Below are positions 8,443 through 17,504 of a DNA stretch of 38,184 nucleotides, in pieces. The notes beneath the pieces were generated by a model. It saw only the letters and a program-made list of their open reading frames with translations, made no database searches and was not told the origin of the DNA. This stretch comes from an uncultured Candidatus Saccharibacteria bacterium (GTDB lineage Bacteria > Patescibacteriota > Dojkabacteria > J137), in assembly GCA_964445405.1 (NCBI GenBank), contig CAYUKX010000003.1:4907-43090 (forward strand), in the 5' to 3' direction. The translations under genes were made by a program, and so were the position numbers. Each line of letters starts with the position of its first letter. Within the stretch, counting starts at the first letter, position 1.

Positions 8443-8584
8443 TCTATATAGTAGACGTTGGTGTACAAAAAATATTATAAAGTAAATACAGATTTTAGAC
8501 CAACTTTTAAGTTCGAAATCTTAATTAGATAGGAACTTTCAGAGATGGAATAAAAATTAGAAATATAGTAAAATCTTTGGGTTT

Positions 8585-8669
8585 GGAGAGATGACGGAGT
8601 GGTCTAACGTACTCGTCTTGAAAACGAGCGCTCCGCAAGGGGCCTAGGGTTCGAATCCCTATCTCTCCG
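8585..8669 (+). tRNA. tRNA-Ser (anticodon TGA), long variable arm, CCA not encoded
   Basis: Acceptor GGAGAGA/TCTCTCC, anticodon stem CTCGT/ACGAG with loop CTTGAAA, variable arm GCTCC-GCAA-GGGGC, T arm TAGGG-TTCGAAT-CCCTA, discriminator G. Confidence 0.9.
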
Positions 8670-8721
8670 TTCTTTGTCTTTCAAATACACCCTAAGTATT
8701 TTTAGATTCCCACTAATAAGT

Positions 8722-8727
8722 TAGAAT
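8722..8727 (+). promoter_or_regulatory. TAGAAT -10 element ending 5 nt before the ATG at 8733 (possible leaderless transcript)
   Basis: Sequence TAGAAT-tattt-ATG. No Shine-Dalgarno sequence could fit. Confidence 0.3.
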
Positions 8728-8732
8728 TATTT

Positions 8733-9944
8733 ATGCATCGAATTTCTATTCTTAGCAATAATAAGCTACTACTTCTGATTTCTTTTCTGACCGTTGTATT
8801 TTTTTTATTCGCTTTTTTTGTAGCCAAGAAAGAAGTTATTTTCGCTGATGGAGTAGGGTATTTTTCTTATCCATACGAACTTTTACTAAATAAAGACCTT
8901 AGTTATTCATCACAAAATTCTCAGTTTTTCTTTGGAGTTATAAAAACAGATCAATATAACTACAACAAATACCCAATCGGAACAGGAATACTGCTAATTC
9001 CTGCACTTCTGCTAGGCGAAGTCGCAAACACAGTTGTTGGAATTACAGACCACAGTATCTATAACAGGAACTATCAGTTCCTTGTTGGAATAGTAGGAAT
9101 ATTTTACTTTATTGCTGGAATGGCTCTATTAAAGAGAATTCTCCGACACTTTTACAAAGATAAAGTAGTCAATTGGACAATACTAACCATCGCGTTTTGT
9201 ACTAATTTATTTATTTACGCATCTACAGATGCTTCTTTTAGTCATATTTATTCTTTTTTTGCTATAAACCTATTTGTTTTGTATTTAATAAAATGGAGCA
9301 AAAAAACAGATTATCGAAATACTTTATATCTAGGGTTTGCACTGGGATTAGTTGGGTTAATTCGTCCTTTTAACCTTTTAGTAGTAATTTTATTCTTATT
9401 TATACCAATAGATAAGCAATCATTAAACATAGCATCCAATATTAAACTTCTACTTAGAAGCAAAAAAATGCTCACTGTTATCTTAGCAATTACGCTACTT
9501 ACAATGTTTCCACAATTTCTATATTGGTGGTCAATTACAGGGAATTTTGTCATTTACTCTTACACTGGCGAGACTTTTAACTTATTGTCACCGCAAATCT
9601 TTAATGTGCTTTTTAGCAGTAGAGGAGTATTGTTCTGGCACCCAGTGTTAATGATAAGTTTTCTTGGAATCTTCTTTCTAAGGAAAAAATATTCCAATTT
9701 ATCATCAGGAATTTTAGTGTTCACATTAGTAAACATCTATTTAATATCAAGCTGGTGGTTTTGGGATTTTGGAATTGGATTTGGACACCGAGGGTTTACC
9801 GATTCTCTGGGAATAATGGCAATTCCACTTGGGGCTATATTACAAAAAGCTGAACATTCCAGTCTTGCAAGCATATTACTAGTATTGCTCTGCATTGGGA
9901 TTATTGCCAATCTGGTCCAAGCAATTAATTACATTTATAAATAA
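8733..9944 (+). CDS. Polytopic membrane protein, possibly a GT-C-fold glycosyltransferase
   Basis: 403 aa with about 10 or more hydrophobic segments. An acidic/aromatic first loop (FADGVGYFSYPYE) follows TM1, as in ArnT/PMT-like enzymes. The function is inferred only. Confidence 0.4.
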   Translation: MHRISILSNNKLLLLISFLTVVFFLFAFFVAKKEVIFADGVGYFSYPYELLLNKDLSYSSQNSQFFFGVIKTDQYNYNKYPIGTGILLIPALLLGEVANTVVGITDHSIYNRNYQFLVGIVGIFYFIAGMALLKRILRHFYKDKVVNWTILTIAFCTNLFIYASTDASFSHIYSFFAINLFVLYLIKWSKKTDYRNTLYLGFALGLVGLIRPFNLLVVILFLFIPIDKQSLNIASNIKLLLRSKKMLTVILAITLLTMFPQFLYWWSITGNFVIYSYTGETFNLLSPQIFNVLFSSRGVLFWHPVLMISFLGIFFLRKKYSNLSSGILVFTLVNIYLISSWWFWDFGIGFGHRGFTDSLGIMAIPLGAILQKAEHSSLASILLVLLCIGIIANLVQAINYIYK

Positions 9945-9958
9945 ATTTAATGTTATAT

Positions 9959-9988
9959 TTGTAAGAATTTAAATCTACGAGATAAAAT
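9959..9988 (+). promoter_or_regulatory. sigma70-like promoter TTGTAA-18 nt-TAAAAT
   Basis: -35 at 9959-9964 and -10 at 9983-9988. The -10 ends 5 nt before the ATG at 9994. Confidence 0.4.
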
Positions 9989-9993
9989 AATAT

Positions 9994-10116
9994 ATGAAGA
10001 AAAAGAAAGTAAGCATAAGAGAAGTGGCGGTATTCCTTCTTGCATTGTTAATGGTATTAAGCCTAATAGTACCTTCATTATTAACATTAATAGAAATAGT
10101 AGGACAATCTAAATGA
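9994..10116 (+). CDS. Small (40 aa) single-pass membrane protein, hypothetical
   Basis: Below the ORF-track cutoff. It translates to MKKKKVSIREVAVFLLALLMVLSLIVPSLLTLIEIVGQSK. Its stop overlaps the recG start (ATGA at 10113-10116). Confidence 0.3.
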   Translation: MKKKKVSIREVAVFLLALLMVLSLIVPSLLTLIEIVGQSK

Positions 10117-12110
10117 ACTTAAATAGTTCAACCACAGAAGTTAAGGGAGTATCTGCTAAAAACTCACAGCTTCTTGAAAAACTTAATATCTACACTATAA
10201 GAGATTTACTTACATATTTTCCCGTAAGGTATCTAGACACCTCAAACGTAACCCTAATAAGAGATTTGGTGCTAGGCGAGCAAGAAGATGATTTATATCT
10301 TTTAAAAGCTAATTTAACCGAGTTTAGATCTACTTATATCAAGGGAGGGAAAACGCTTCAAAGAGGTATTATAGAGGACCATAGTGGCAATATTCAGGTA
10401 TCTTGGTTTAATCAGAATTTCCTTAAAAATGCACTTAAAGTTGATAACGAGTATTACTTTTATGGGAAGGTAAATAAAAAGGGGAATCGTATTTCTTTTT
10501 ATCCCAGGACTTTTGAAAAAGTTACTGAAAACATAAAGAACATACATTTAGGTAGAATAGTTCCGGAATATAAACTTACAAATGGAATTTCTAAGAAAGT
10601 ATTCAGACGGTGGATTAACAACGCATTAGCTGATATTAACAACATTGATATTAACGAGGAATTAGTGGGTTATGTGGAGCTACCTTTAGACGTAAAAAAG
10701 AGCTTATCAATAATTCACTTTCCTGAAGACTTTGAGATATTAGATTCAGCTTTAAGGACTTTATCTGTGTATGAGCTTGTGCATGTGTATCTTAAGCTGT
10801 TAAAAAAGAACGAAATGAACGTGGGGTTAAAATCTCCAACAATATTGCCCACTTTTAATCCAGATAGTATTTTCACGCTAATTAAAAGTATTATAAATTT
10901 CGAACTTACTTTAGACCAAGAAAAGATAATAGAAAGTATTCTTAAAGATATAAAAAAAGAAGACCTTATAAACGAAATTGTACAAGGTGATGTTGGTACA
11001 GGAAAGACAGTGATAGCACTAGCTGCGAGTCTTGCTATGGCCGTAAATGGATACCAGACAGCATTATTAGCGCCAACTACAATACTTGCAAGGCAACACT
11101 TTAATACTTTTAATAGTTTACTATCTAAACTAAAAATTACAGTTGAGCTAGTTTCTTCTGAAAATAAAAAGAACCAGCCAGCACAAATACTAATAGGTAC
11201 TTCAGCAATAATGGCTCGAAAGAACAATCTTATCAATAACTTAGGATTAGTTATTGTTGACGAACAGCATAAATTTGGAGTAAACCAACGAGAGGATTTA
11301 TTAAAACCACTTGCATTACCCGAAAAAAGCATGCCTCATTTTATCAATATGACCGCAACTCCAATTCCTAGAACTATTTCTCAAATTATATTCGGCGATA
11401 TCGAGCTACAGACCATCAAAACCAAACCAAAAGGCAGACTGCCTATCAAAACGCTTTTAGTACCTGAACCAAAAAGAGAGGATAGCTACGAATGGATTAA
11501 ACAAGCCCTAAATAAAGGCGAACAAGTATACTGGATTTGCCCTCTAATTGTAGAATCAGAAAATCTTCAGGCAAAGTCAGCTATTAGTACCCAAAAAGAG
11601 CTTCAGGAATATTTTGCAGACTACAACATTGGCCTTATTCACGGCAAGCTCAAAGAAGCTGAAAAAAGCCAAATTATGAGTGACTTTAGTGAAAATAAAA
11701 TAAATCTACTTGTATCAACCTCTGTTATTGAAGTAGGTATTGATGTTGCGAACGCAAACATAATTGTAATCGAAAGTGCGGAGAGATTTGGATTAGCGCA
11801 ATTACACCAAATAAGAGGAAGAGTTGGTAGAAGCGAAAAACAAAGCTGGTGCTTACTTTTTTGTGGTAAAAATATTTCCGACAGCAGCCTAGAGCGACTT
11901 AAATTTTTAAGCAAGAACAGTGACGGAATGGAAATTGCAGAATTTGATCTTTTAAACAGAGGTCCAGGTGAAATTTACGGAACTCAGCAAAGTGGAGTGC
12001 CAGATTTAAAAATCGCTAAATTAGATAACTTAAACACAGTACAAAATGCTAAAATAATAGCAGAAAAAATTTGGAAAAAGGGAGTCAGAAGTTTAGATTT
12101 ATTCAATTAA
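10113..12110 (+). CDS. recG: ATP-dependent DNA helicase RecG
   Basis: N-terminal wedge region, Walker A GDVGTGKTVIA, DEQH box (VDEQHKFGV) and motif VI QLHQIRGRVGRS. 665 aa. Confidence 0.93.
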   Translation: MNLNSSTTEVKGVSAKNSQLLEKLNIYTIRDLLTYFPVRYLDTSNVTLIRDLVLGEQEDDLYLLKANLTEFRSTYIKGGKTLQRGIIEDHSGNIQVSWFNQNFLKNALKVDNEYYFYGKVNKKGNRISFYPRTFEKVTENIKNIHLGRIVPEYKLTNGISKKVFRRWINNALADINNIDINEELVGYVELPLDVKKSLSIIHFPEDFEILDSALRTLSVYELVHVYLKLLKKNEMNVGLKSPTILPTFNPDSIFTLIKSIINFELTLDQEKIIESILKDIKKEDLINEIVQGDVGTGKTVIALAASLAMAVNGYQTALLAPTTILARQHFNTFNSLLSKLKITVELVSSENKKNQPAQILIGTSAIMARKNNLINNLGLVIVDEQHKFGVNQREDLLKPLALPEKSMPHFINMTATPIPRTISQIIFGDIELQTIKTKPKGRLPIKTLLVPEPKREDSYEWIKQALNKGEQVYWICPLIVESENLQAKSAISTQKELQEYFADYNIGLIHGKLKEAEKSQIMSDFSENKINLLVSTSVIEVGIDVANANIIVIESAERFGLAQLHQIRGRVGRSEKQSWCLLFCGKNISDSSLERLKFLSKNSDGMEIAEFDLLNRGPGEIYGTQQSGVPDLKIAKLDNLNTVQNAKIIAEKIWKKGVRSLDLFN

Positions 12111-12112
12111 CT

Positions 12113-12577
12113 ATGTTAAACAAAAAGAACGTTGTAATTATATTAGACAATATAAGGTCAGTTCATAATGTTGGTGCAATACTTAGAACAGCAGATGGAG
12201 CAGGGTCCAAAGAAGTACTTCTATGTGGAATCACGCCTACTCCTGAACATAAAAAAGTCCACAAAACTGCTCTAAGCGCTGAGGAATACGTGAACTGGAA
12301 GTATTTTAAGAACACAGAAGACGCTATTAAATATTCAAAAGAACAAGGATATACAGTCTATTCCGTTGAGCAGGACGCTAATTCCGTAGATATAAACCAA
12401 ATAGAACTACCATTAAATTGTGCTTTTTTATTTGGGAACGAAATAACTGGAGTTGCTCCATCAATTAAGGCAATGAGCGATTTTATCATTGAACTTCCCA
12501 TGATTGGTAAAAAGAACTCATTAAACGTTGCGACGTGCGTTGGAATTATTACCTATTATACTAAATTACAGATATGA
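12113..12577 (+). CDS. SpoU/TrmH-family RNA 2'-O-methyltransferase
   Basis: SVHNVGAILRTADGAG, LFGNEITGV and SLNVATCVGIITY motifs. ATG 12113 lies 2 nt after the recG stop and is preferred over the TTG at 12071 inside recG. Confidence 0.85.
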   Translation: MLNKKNVVIILDNIRSVHNVGAILRTADGAGSKEVLLCGITPTPEHKKVHKTALSAEEYVNWKYFKNTEDAIKYSKEQGYTVYSVEQDANSVDINQIELPLNCAFLFGNEITGVAPSIKAMSDFIIELPMIGKKNSLNVATCVGIITYYTKLQI

Positions 12578-13131
12578 ACAACAAAACTATACAGCCAAGA
12601 ATAATCGCAGGATCTTATAAGAATTTTAGACTTGAGGTTCCCCAAAATGCTCGTCCAATAACCGATCGGGTTAAGACAGTTTTGTTCGATACAATAAAGG
12701 ACATATTAGATAAGTCAGCAATTTTAGACTTATTTGCAGGAAGTGGGAATCTTGGAATTGAAAGCTTGAGCAGAGGGTCTAAGTTAGCTATTTTTGTAGA
12801 TTCTGACAAAGAAGCATTTGAAATTTTAAAACGAAACCTAGGTAAACTTAAAATAGAGAAAATGCAGCACAAGATTTTTAATATTGATTACATAGAATTT
12901 ATAAAAACTTACACAGGGAACTTTGACATTATATTTTTAGATCCTCCTTTTAAAATTCATAGTAAGCTTAGACTTGAGCCAATAATCGACTTATTAGCAC
13001 CAGATGGCATAATTGTTTATAAAGTTGAAGACAAACAAAGAGAAAATATAGTAATTCCTGCCGGAACCGAGGTTATATTGGAAAAACAGGTAGGAATTAA
13101 TACACTTATTTTTATTAAAAGAGTAGAATAA
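12574..13131 (+). CDS. rsmD: 16S rRNA (guanine966-N2)-methyltransferase RsmD
   Basis: SAM motif DLFAGSGNLGIESLSRG and the FLDPPF motif. ATGA overlap with the upstream gene. Confidence 0.85.
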   Translation: MNNKTIQPRIIAGSYKNFRLEVPQNARPITDRVKTVLFDTIKDILDKSAILDLFAGSGNLGIESLSRGSKLAIFVDSDKEAFEILKRNLGKLKIEKMQHKIFNIDYIEFIKTYTGNFDIIFLDPPFKIHSKLRLEPIIDLLAPDGIIVYKVEDKQRENIVIPAGTEVILEKQVGINTLIFIKRVE

Positions 13132-13164
13132 AGCAGAAACATAATAGTATCCAGGTTTCGAATA

Positions 13165-13173
13165 TGCTAAAAT
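13165..13173 (+). promoter_or_regulatory. Extended -10 promoter TGcTAAAAT upstream of rpmF-nusB-rnc
   Basis: TG at 13165-13166 and TAAAAT at 13168-13173. The nonamer is identical to the one upstream of gyrB. Confidence 0.4.
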
Positions 13174-13202
13174 TAACACCTAGTAATATTAATTTGTAAA
13201 TT

Positions 13203-13427
13203 ATGGCAGCAACACCAAAACACAGAAGATCTAGTAGCAAAAGAAGATCAACAATGGCTTCTAATAGATACGATGTAGAACTTAATAAACATAGAGTTAT
13301 TAAGAAAAACGGAGGAACAAGATTAGTTATATCTGCTGAAACAGGTAAATTAGTACCTCCACACATGGTTACTCCAGACAGTCCTTCTTATAGAGGAGTT
13401 AAAGTAATCAAAAAGAAGCAAAAATAA
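13203..13427 (+). CDS. rpmF: 50S ribosomal protein L32 (cysteine-less form)
   Basis: N-terminus MAATPKHRRSSSKRRS matches the L32 pattern MAVPKRRTSKSRRDKRR. ETGKLVPPHMV corresponds to the CGE.KL.HRVC region. No Cys residues are present. Confidence 0.7.
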   Translation: MAATPKHRRSSSKRRSTMASNRYDVELNKHRVIKKNGGTRLVISAETGKLVPPHMVTPDSPSYRGVKVIKKKQK

Positions 13428-13456
13428 AGACTAGCTTATATTATTAACTATATAAA

Positions 13457-13939
13457 ATGCAGGAAGAAGAACAAATAGTTTCGGACCCAAGGCATATAGC
13501 CAGAATATTAGCAGTACAGTATTTTTTCTCACAGTATAAACACGAAAACGAGGCAGGCTTTCAAACATTTGAAGTAGAAAGCCTTCTTCAGATTCTAGAA
13601 GAGGAAAAATACGACAAAGCCTTATACGAAAAGATAGTTGATGGAGTAGAAAGCAATGTTGAAAAGTTAGACAATATCATTAAAGAGAAGGCTCCAGAAT
13701 GGCCAATAGACCAAATTAACCCTGTAAACCTATCAATACTTAGATTAGCACTTTGGGAAGGTTTTATAGAGAAATTAACTCCACCTAAGGTTGTAATTAA
13801 CGAAGCTATTGAAATGGCTAAGCAATTAAGCTCAGAGGCTGATGGGGCATTTATAAATGGAGTACTAGGCAATATTTACAACGATATAAAACACCAGGAG
13901 GAAGAAAAGAAAGTAGAAGATAATGGCACAAGTAATTGA
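13457..13939 (+). CDS. nusB: Transcription antitermination factor NusB
   Basis: ARILAVQYFF...LSILRLALWE...VVINEAIEMAKQLSSEADGAFINGVLG. Confidence 0.85.
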   Translation: MQEEEQIVSDPRHIARILAVQYFFSQYKHENEAGFQTFEVESLLQILEEEKYDKALYEKIVDGVESNVEKLDNIIKEKAPEWPIDQINPVNLSILRLALWEGFIEKLTPPKVVINEAIEMAKQLSSEADGAFINGVLGNIYNDIKHQEEEKKVEDNGTSN

Positions 13940-14639
13940 TCTAATAAACAATAAATTAAAGTTAAACACTTCAAGCTTAGAAACTTTTACAGAAGCTCTA
14001 ACACATAGGTCTTATATTAACGAAGTTAAAGACTTAGACCTAAAACACAACGAAAGATTGGAGTTTCTTGGAGATGCAGTACTTGAACTAGCAGTCACTA
14101 AATACCTATTTAATAACTACCCAGATCAAAATGAAGGTACATTAACTAGTTTTAGAGCTGCATTAGTAAAAACAGAGAGCTTGGCTCTAGAAGCAAAAAA
14201 ACTAGATCTAGGCGAGTACATACTAATGAGCAAGGGCGAAGAGGCTACAGGTGGCAGACAAAGACCATACATACTAGCAAATACAATGGAGGCCATAATT
14301 GGGGCTATTTACATGACACTTGGCTTTGAGGAAGCAGAAAAATTTATTCTAGAAAAGATTTGCTACAAAATTGAAACAATTGTTGCAGAACGATCTGACC
14401 TAGATGCAAAATCAAGGTTACAAGAATTAGCACAAGAAAAGGTAAAAATCACTCCTGTTTACAAACTAATAAGTGCTACAGGACCTGATCATAATAAATC
14501 ATTCCAAATGGGTATTTTCATTGGTGAGAATTTGTTTGGACAAGGAGAAGGAAAGAGCAAGCAGGAAGCTGAACAGGCTGCTGCTTTAGAAGCAATTCGA
14601 GCCTGGGAAGAATTAGAGGCTAAATATTACAAAAACTGA
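13923..14639 (+). CDS. rnc: Ribonuclease III
   Basis: Signature ERLEFLGDAVLEL and a C-terminal dsRBD (KSRLQELAQE...GEGKSKQEAEQAAALEAI). Overlaps nusB by 17 nt. Confidence 0.93.
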   Translation: MAQVIDLINNKLKLNTSSLETFTEALTHRSYINEVKDLDLKHNERLEFLGDAVLELAVTKYLFNNYPDQNEGTLTSFRAALVKTESLALEAKKLDLGEYILMSKGEEATGGRQRPYILANTMEAIIGAIYMTLGFEEAEKFILEKICYKIETIVAERSDLDAKSRLQELAQEKVKITPVYKLISATGPDHNKSFQMGIFIGENLFGQGEGKSKQEAEQAAALEAIRAWEELEAKYYKN

Positions 14640-14658
14640 TGACATAGCAAGGTTTATT

Positions 14659-14667
14659 TGCTATCAT
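14659..14667 (+). promoter_or_regulatory. Extended -10 promoter TGcTATCAT upstream of rpsP
   Basis: The context TATTTGCTATcATTcAAG is nearly identical to the infC-upstream TATTTGCTATtATTttcAAG. Confidence 0.4.
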
Positions 14668-14699
14668 TCAAGAGCTATAAATTTAATTAGATTAAGTAA

Positions 14700-15008
14700 A
14701 TGGTAAAAATAAGATTAACAAGAACAGGAAAAAAGAACTACGCTAACTATAGATTAGTGATAACTAACAACAGAGAAAAAAGAGACTCTAAGGTTATTGA
14801 ATATGTAGGTCACTATAACCCACATACTAAAGATTTAAAGTTAGAAGCAGAGAGAATTAACTACTGGTTAGGTGTAGGTGCACAACCAAGTGATTCTGCA
14901 AAAAGCTTACTAGTTAAGGGTGGATTAGTAAAAAAACCTGAATACAAAAAAACATTCAAGTCTGAACCTGGAAAGAAAGCAAAAGAACGAGCACCAAAAG
15001 CTGAATAA
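14700..15008 (+). CDS. rpsP: 30S ribosomal protein S16
   Basis: MVKIRLTRTGKKNYANYRLVITNNREKRDSKVIEYVGHYNP... Confidence 0.93.
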   Translation: MVKIRLTRTGKKNYANYRLVITNNREKRDSKVIEYVGHYNPHTKDLKLEAERINYWLGVGAQPSDSAKSLLVKGGLVKKPEYKKTFKSEPGKKAKERAPKAE

Positions 15009-15026
15009 GCTTTAAGTAAGTAATTT

Positions 15027-15051
15027 AAACCTGCCTATGGCAGGTTTTTTT
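15027..15051 (+). terminator. Rho-independent terminator after rpsP
   Basis: AAACCTGCC-TATG-GGCAGGTTT followed by a T run. It sits between convergent genes. Confidence 0.8.
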
Positions 15052-15061
15052 ATATCTTTAT

Positions 15062-15811
15062 TTATTCTTGTGTTGAAAGGCTGTTGTTTGTAGAAGCAGA
15101 TCTTGCATTTATATACTGCTGAATTAGCGCATTTAGCTGAGCTTCAACAGGTACGTTTATATATAGTTGTCTTAGATCAGAGCCAGAATCTGTATTAAAC
15201 TGGTATTTTACAATATTGATTTTCAACTGCCAGTCACCAGTTGGATTCGTATTACTTGCTGCTGTAAATTCCATCTCTTTGATAACTATAAAATCTTCAA
15301 CAGAGTTCAATGATTTAATAAAATTTACTATATTGTCATAACTACCAGAAATCGTAAATATAAATGGAACTTCCTGAAGAATAATAGGAGAAACAGTTTG
15401 CGTGTCTTGATTCTCTGTTTCGGTGTTAGCTTCACTTAGTCTTTGACTACTAATCACAATACTATTGGATAATATTTGAGTTGTTATTCTATCTCGGAAT
15501 TTAACTACTTCAGTACTTCCTAAAGGCGCTATATCGTCTATTACAGATAAGTTTTGAACTATACTATTATATTGAGAAGTAAGGCTGTCTAGGGCTGATA
15601 GAGTATTGTTATTTTCGGTAATAGTAATATTATTTTGGCTTACCTTATCAATTCCAGAAAATATCTCATTAATTTTAGGTATAGTTAAAATTAAAAGAAT
15701 ACCTATAAAAGATACTACAGCAAATATAGGAATAACATAAAGTCTTACATACTTAACTGATTCTTTATTCCTTTTTTGAATGTTTTCAAAATCTAGCTTT
15801 TTATCTTTCAT
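15062..15811 (-). CDS. Type IV pilus assembly protein, PilO-like (bitopic)
   Basis: One TM helix after a short basic N-terminus. Positioned immediately after pilM-pilN with an ATGA overlap. No diagnostic motif, so the call rests on position and topology. Confidence 0.5.
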   Translation of the reverse strand: MKDKKLDFENIQKRNKESVKYVRLYVIPIFAVVSFIGILLILTIPKINEIFSGIDKVSQNNITITENNNTLSALDSLTSQYNSIVQNLSVIDDIAPLGSTEVVKFRDRITTQILSNSIVISSQRLSEANTETENQDTQTVSPIILQEVPFIFTISGSYDNIVNFIKSLNSVEDFIVIKEMEFTAASNTNPTGDWQLKINIVKYQFNTDSGSDLRQLYINVPVEAQLNALIQQYINARSASTNNSLSTQE

Positions 15812-16383
15812 ACATTTAATAGTGAAAACGAAATAGTTGCACTTACCTCTGACTCATCTTGAATATACTGAACATTTCTTGCAAACACATTAAGCAGTTT
15901 ATCGTTTTTATTTAAATATTCAACAAGTGTTGATGCAGTAGGTATGTCTGGCATGCTAAAAGTCAAAACAAATTCACCTGTAGCTTCTCTTGAGTAAGTT
16001 GTTACATTAACTGTCGGGTTATCGATAGAAATTTGATTTGCAAGGTCTAGTACTTCTGTAAGTTTAATATCCTTTTTTAATACTGGCTCCAAAAGCTCAC
16101 CTTTGGTAATTAACTCACCTCTTACCCTTTTAATTTCGTCGTAGGCGCTAAATGAAGCTTCCTGCTCTATAATTTGTACATTACCTTGTTCAATTCTTTG
16201 ATTAATTACAAATGTCTGAATCATATTAAGGACAAAGTAGATAAACATGGAGAAAAATACTAGTAAGAACGAGTAGAGGATTGAATTATCCCTTTCTTCA
16301 AGCACAACTAGCTCTTCCTTAGTCTTTGGGGGGACTAAATTAAAGCCAAATGAACTTGTTTTATTGTAGTTATTTTCCTGCAT
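15808..16383 (-). CDS. pilN: Type IV pilus assembly protein PilN
   Basis: N-terminal FGFNLVPP (an INLLP-type PilM-binding motif), a single TM helix, 191 aa, directly downstream of pilM. Confidence 0.65.
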   Translation of the reverse strand: MQENNYNKTSSFGFNLVPPKTKEELVVLEERDNSILYSFLLVFFSMFIYFVLNMIQTFVINQRIEQGNVQIIEQEASFSAYDEIKRVRGELITKGELLEPVLKKDIKLTEVLDLANQISIDNPTVNVTTYSREATGEFVLTFSMPDIPTASTLVEYLNKNDKLLNVFARNVQYIQDESEVSATISFSLLNV

Positions 16384-16392
16384 AGTTCCTTC

Positions 16393-17442
16393 TTATAATA
16401 ATCCTTTCAATGATAGTCCAAGCGCAACATTGAAACTACTTAAATGTACATTCTGAAGCTTCTGGGCTAGTGTTGGGTCTTGTTCAAAATTGGCGATTGG
16501 ATTTGAGTTAACAACACCTATGTTTAATTTTGCCTGTAAATATTCATTAAACTTTAATAAATCCGAACCTCCGCCACTTACAAATACTTCAGAAATTCCA
16601 GTTCCACCAATCTTTTCTTTGTAGTAAGATAATGTTCTTAAAATCTCTGCAGAAATTATCTGTAATATTGGATCAACTGACTTTGCAACTTTACCTTCTA
16701 CTTGAGATGCATCAAGTCCGTAAGTGATTTTATATTTTTCGGCCTGAACCATATCAACACCTAAATCTGATGCAATCACTTTTGTTATTGCATTTGAACC
16801 TGTACTAATAGTTTGAGAGAACATTACAACTCCATTTCTGCTTAATATTACATTTGTATTTTCAGCACCCATATCTACTATCATGATGTCTTTTTTTGCG
16901 AACTGAGGGTAGTTGTATACAACCATTCTTGTTAGTGCTAATGATTCTGTTTCTACTGCTAATAAATTTACTCCTGCGGCTTCCATGGACATTTGATACC
17001 TTTGAATTAACTCCTTTGGTGCAGCAACAACATACCAGTTGCTAAAAGTATTGCCATCAATTATTTTCTGATCAATTTCTAAAAAAGACACATTAACTTC
17101 TTCCAGGCCCATTGGTACCAATGGCTTTAATGCCCATTGAACAGCTTCGCCTACCTCTTTATCTGTTACCTTAGGCAACGTAATCAATCGGGAAAATACA
17201 GCACTTTCTGGTACGGACATTACACAGTTTCTGGATTTAATACCGGCATTTCTACATGCTTTATTAATCTCATTACCTAATGTTTTAATTCCAGTGTCTG
17301 AATCATTGTTAAGTAGCCCTACAGAAGTTGGAGTAGAGCCAATTGCTTCTAGGTGTGCTCGATTATTAACCCTTTTTATTTCGGCAAGTTTAATTGAGAA
17401 GTGTCCTAAATTGAGTCCAAAGAAATCAGGTATTACTGCCAT
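16393..17442 (-). CDS. pilM: Type IV pilus assembly ATPase-fold protein PilM
   Basis: Actin/FtsA-like fold hallmarks (GLNLGHFSIKLAEI..., IVDMGAENTNV, VFVSGGGS). 349 aa. Confidence 0.85.
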   Translation of the reverse strand: MAVIPDFFGLNLGHFSIKLAEIKRVNNRAHLEAIGSTPTSVGLLNNDSDTGIKTLGNEINKACRNAGIKSRNCVMSVPESAVFSRLITLPKVTDKEVGEAVQWALKPLVPMGLEEVNVSFLEIDQKIIDGNTFSNWYVVAAPKELIQRYQMSMEAAGVNLLAVETESLALTRMVVYNYPQFAKKDIMIVDMGAENTNVILSRNGVVMFSQTISTGSNAITKVIASDLGVDMVQAEKYKITYGLDASQVEGKVAKSVDPILQIISAEILRTLSYYKEKIGGTGISEVFVSGGGSDLLKFNEYLQAKLNIGVVNSNPIANFEQDPTLAQKLQNVHLSSFNVALGLSLKGLL

Positions 17443-17504
17443 ATGAGTGTTAATAAATTTAAATCTTAATCCATTTTAAACAGCTTTTGAAACAAGTTAA
17501 AGCA

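Noticed and set aside
10715-11332. A 205-aa minus-strand ORF inside recG, and similar antisense or shadow ORFs in the track: 477-686, 1231-1544, 4501-4749, 5806-6018, 8083-8298, 9311-9553, 10314-10547, 11639-11914, 12615-12872, 12994-13366, 13588-13872, 19628-19846, 20387-20614, 21893-22129, 23374-23568, 26804-27187, 30844-31053, 33756-33962 and 36213-36530.
   Set aside because: Each lies wholly within, and antisense or out of frame to, a gene with strong family motifs. Their translations are low-complexity (rich in S, F, L, I and K), as expected from reading AT-rich coding DNA in the wrong frame. None has promoter or start-site support.
12071-12112. The ORF-track start (TTG 12071) for the SpoU/TrmH methyltransferase, which overlaps recG by 40 nt.
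   Set aside because: An ATG at 12113 lies 2 nt after the recG stop and begins MLNKKNVVIILDNIRSVHNVG, the usual distance from the N-terminus to the first SpoU motif. The extra 14 residues are translated recG sequence in another frame.
13203-13427. The cysteine-less L32 as a sign of unusual zinc biology.
   Set aside because: Cysteine-less (C-minus) forms of L32 are widespread in bacteria, so this is a normal variant.
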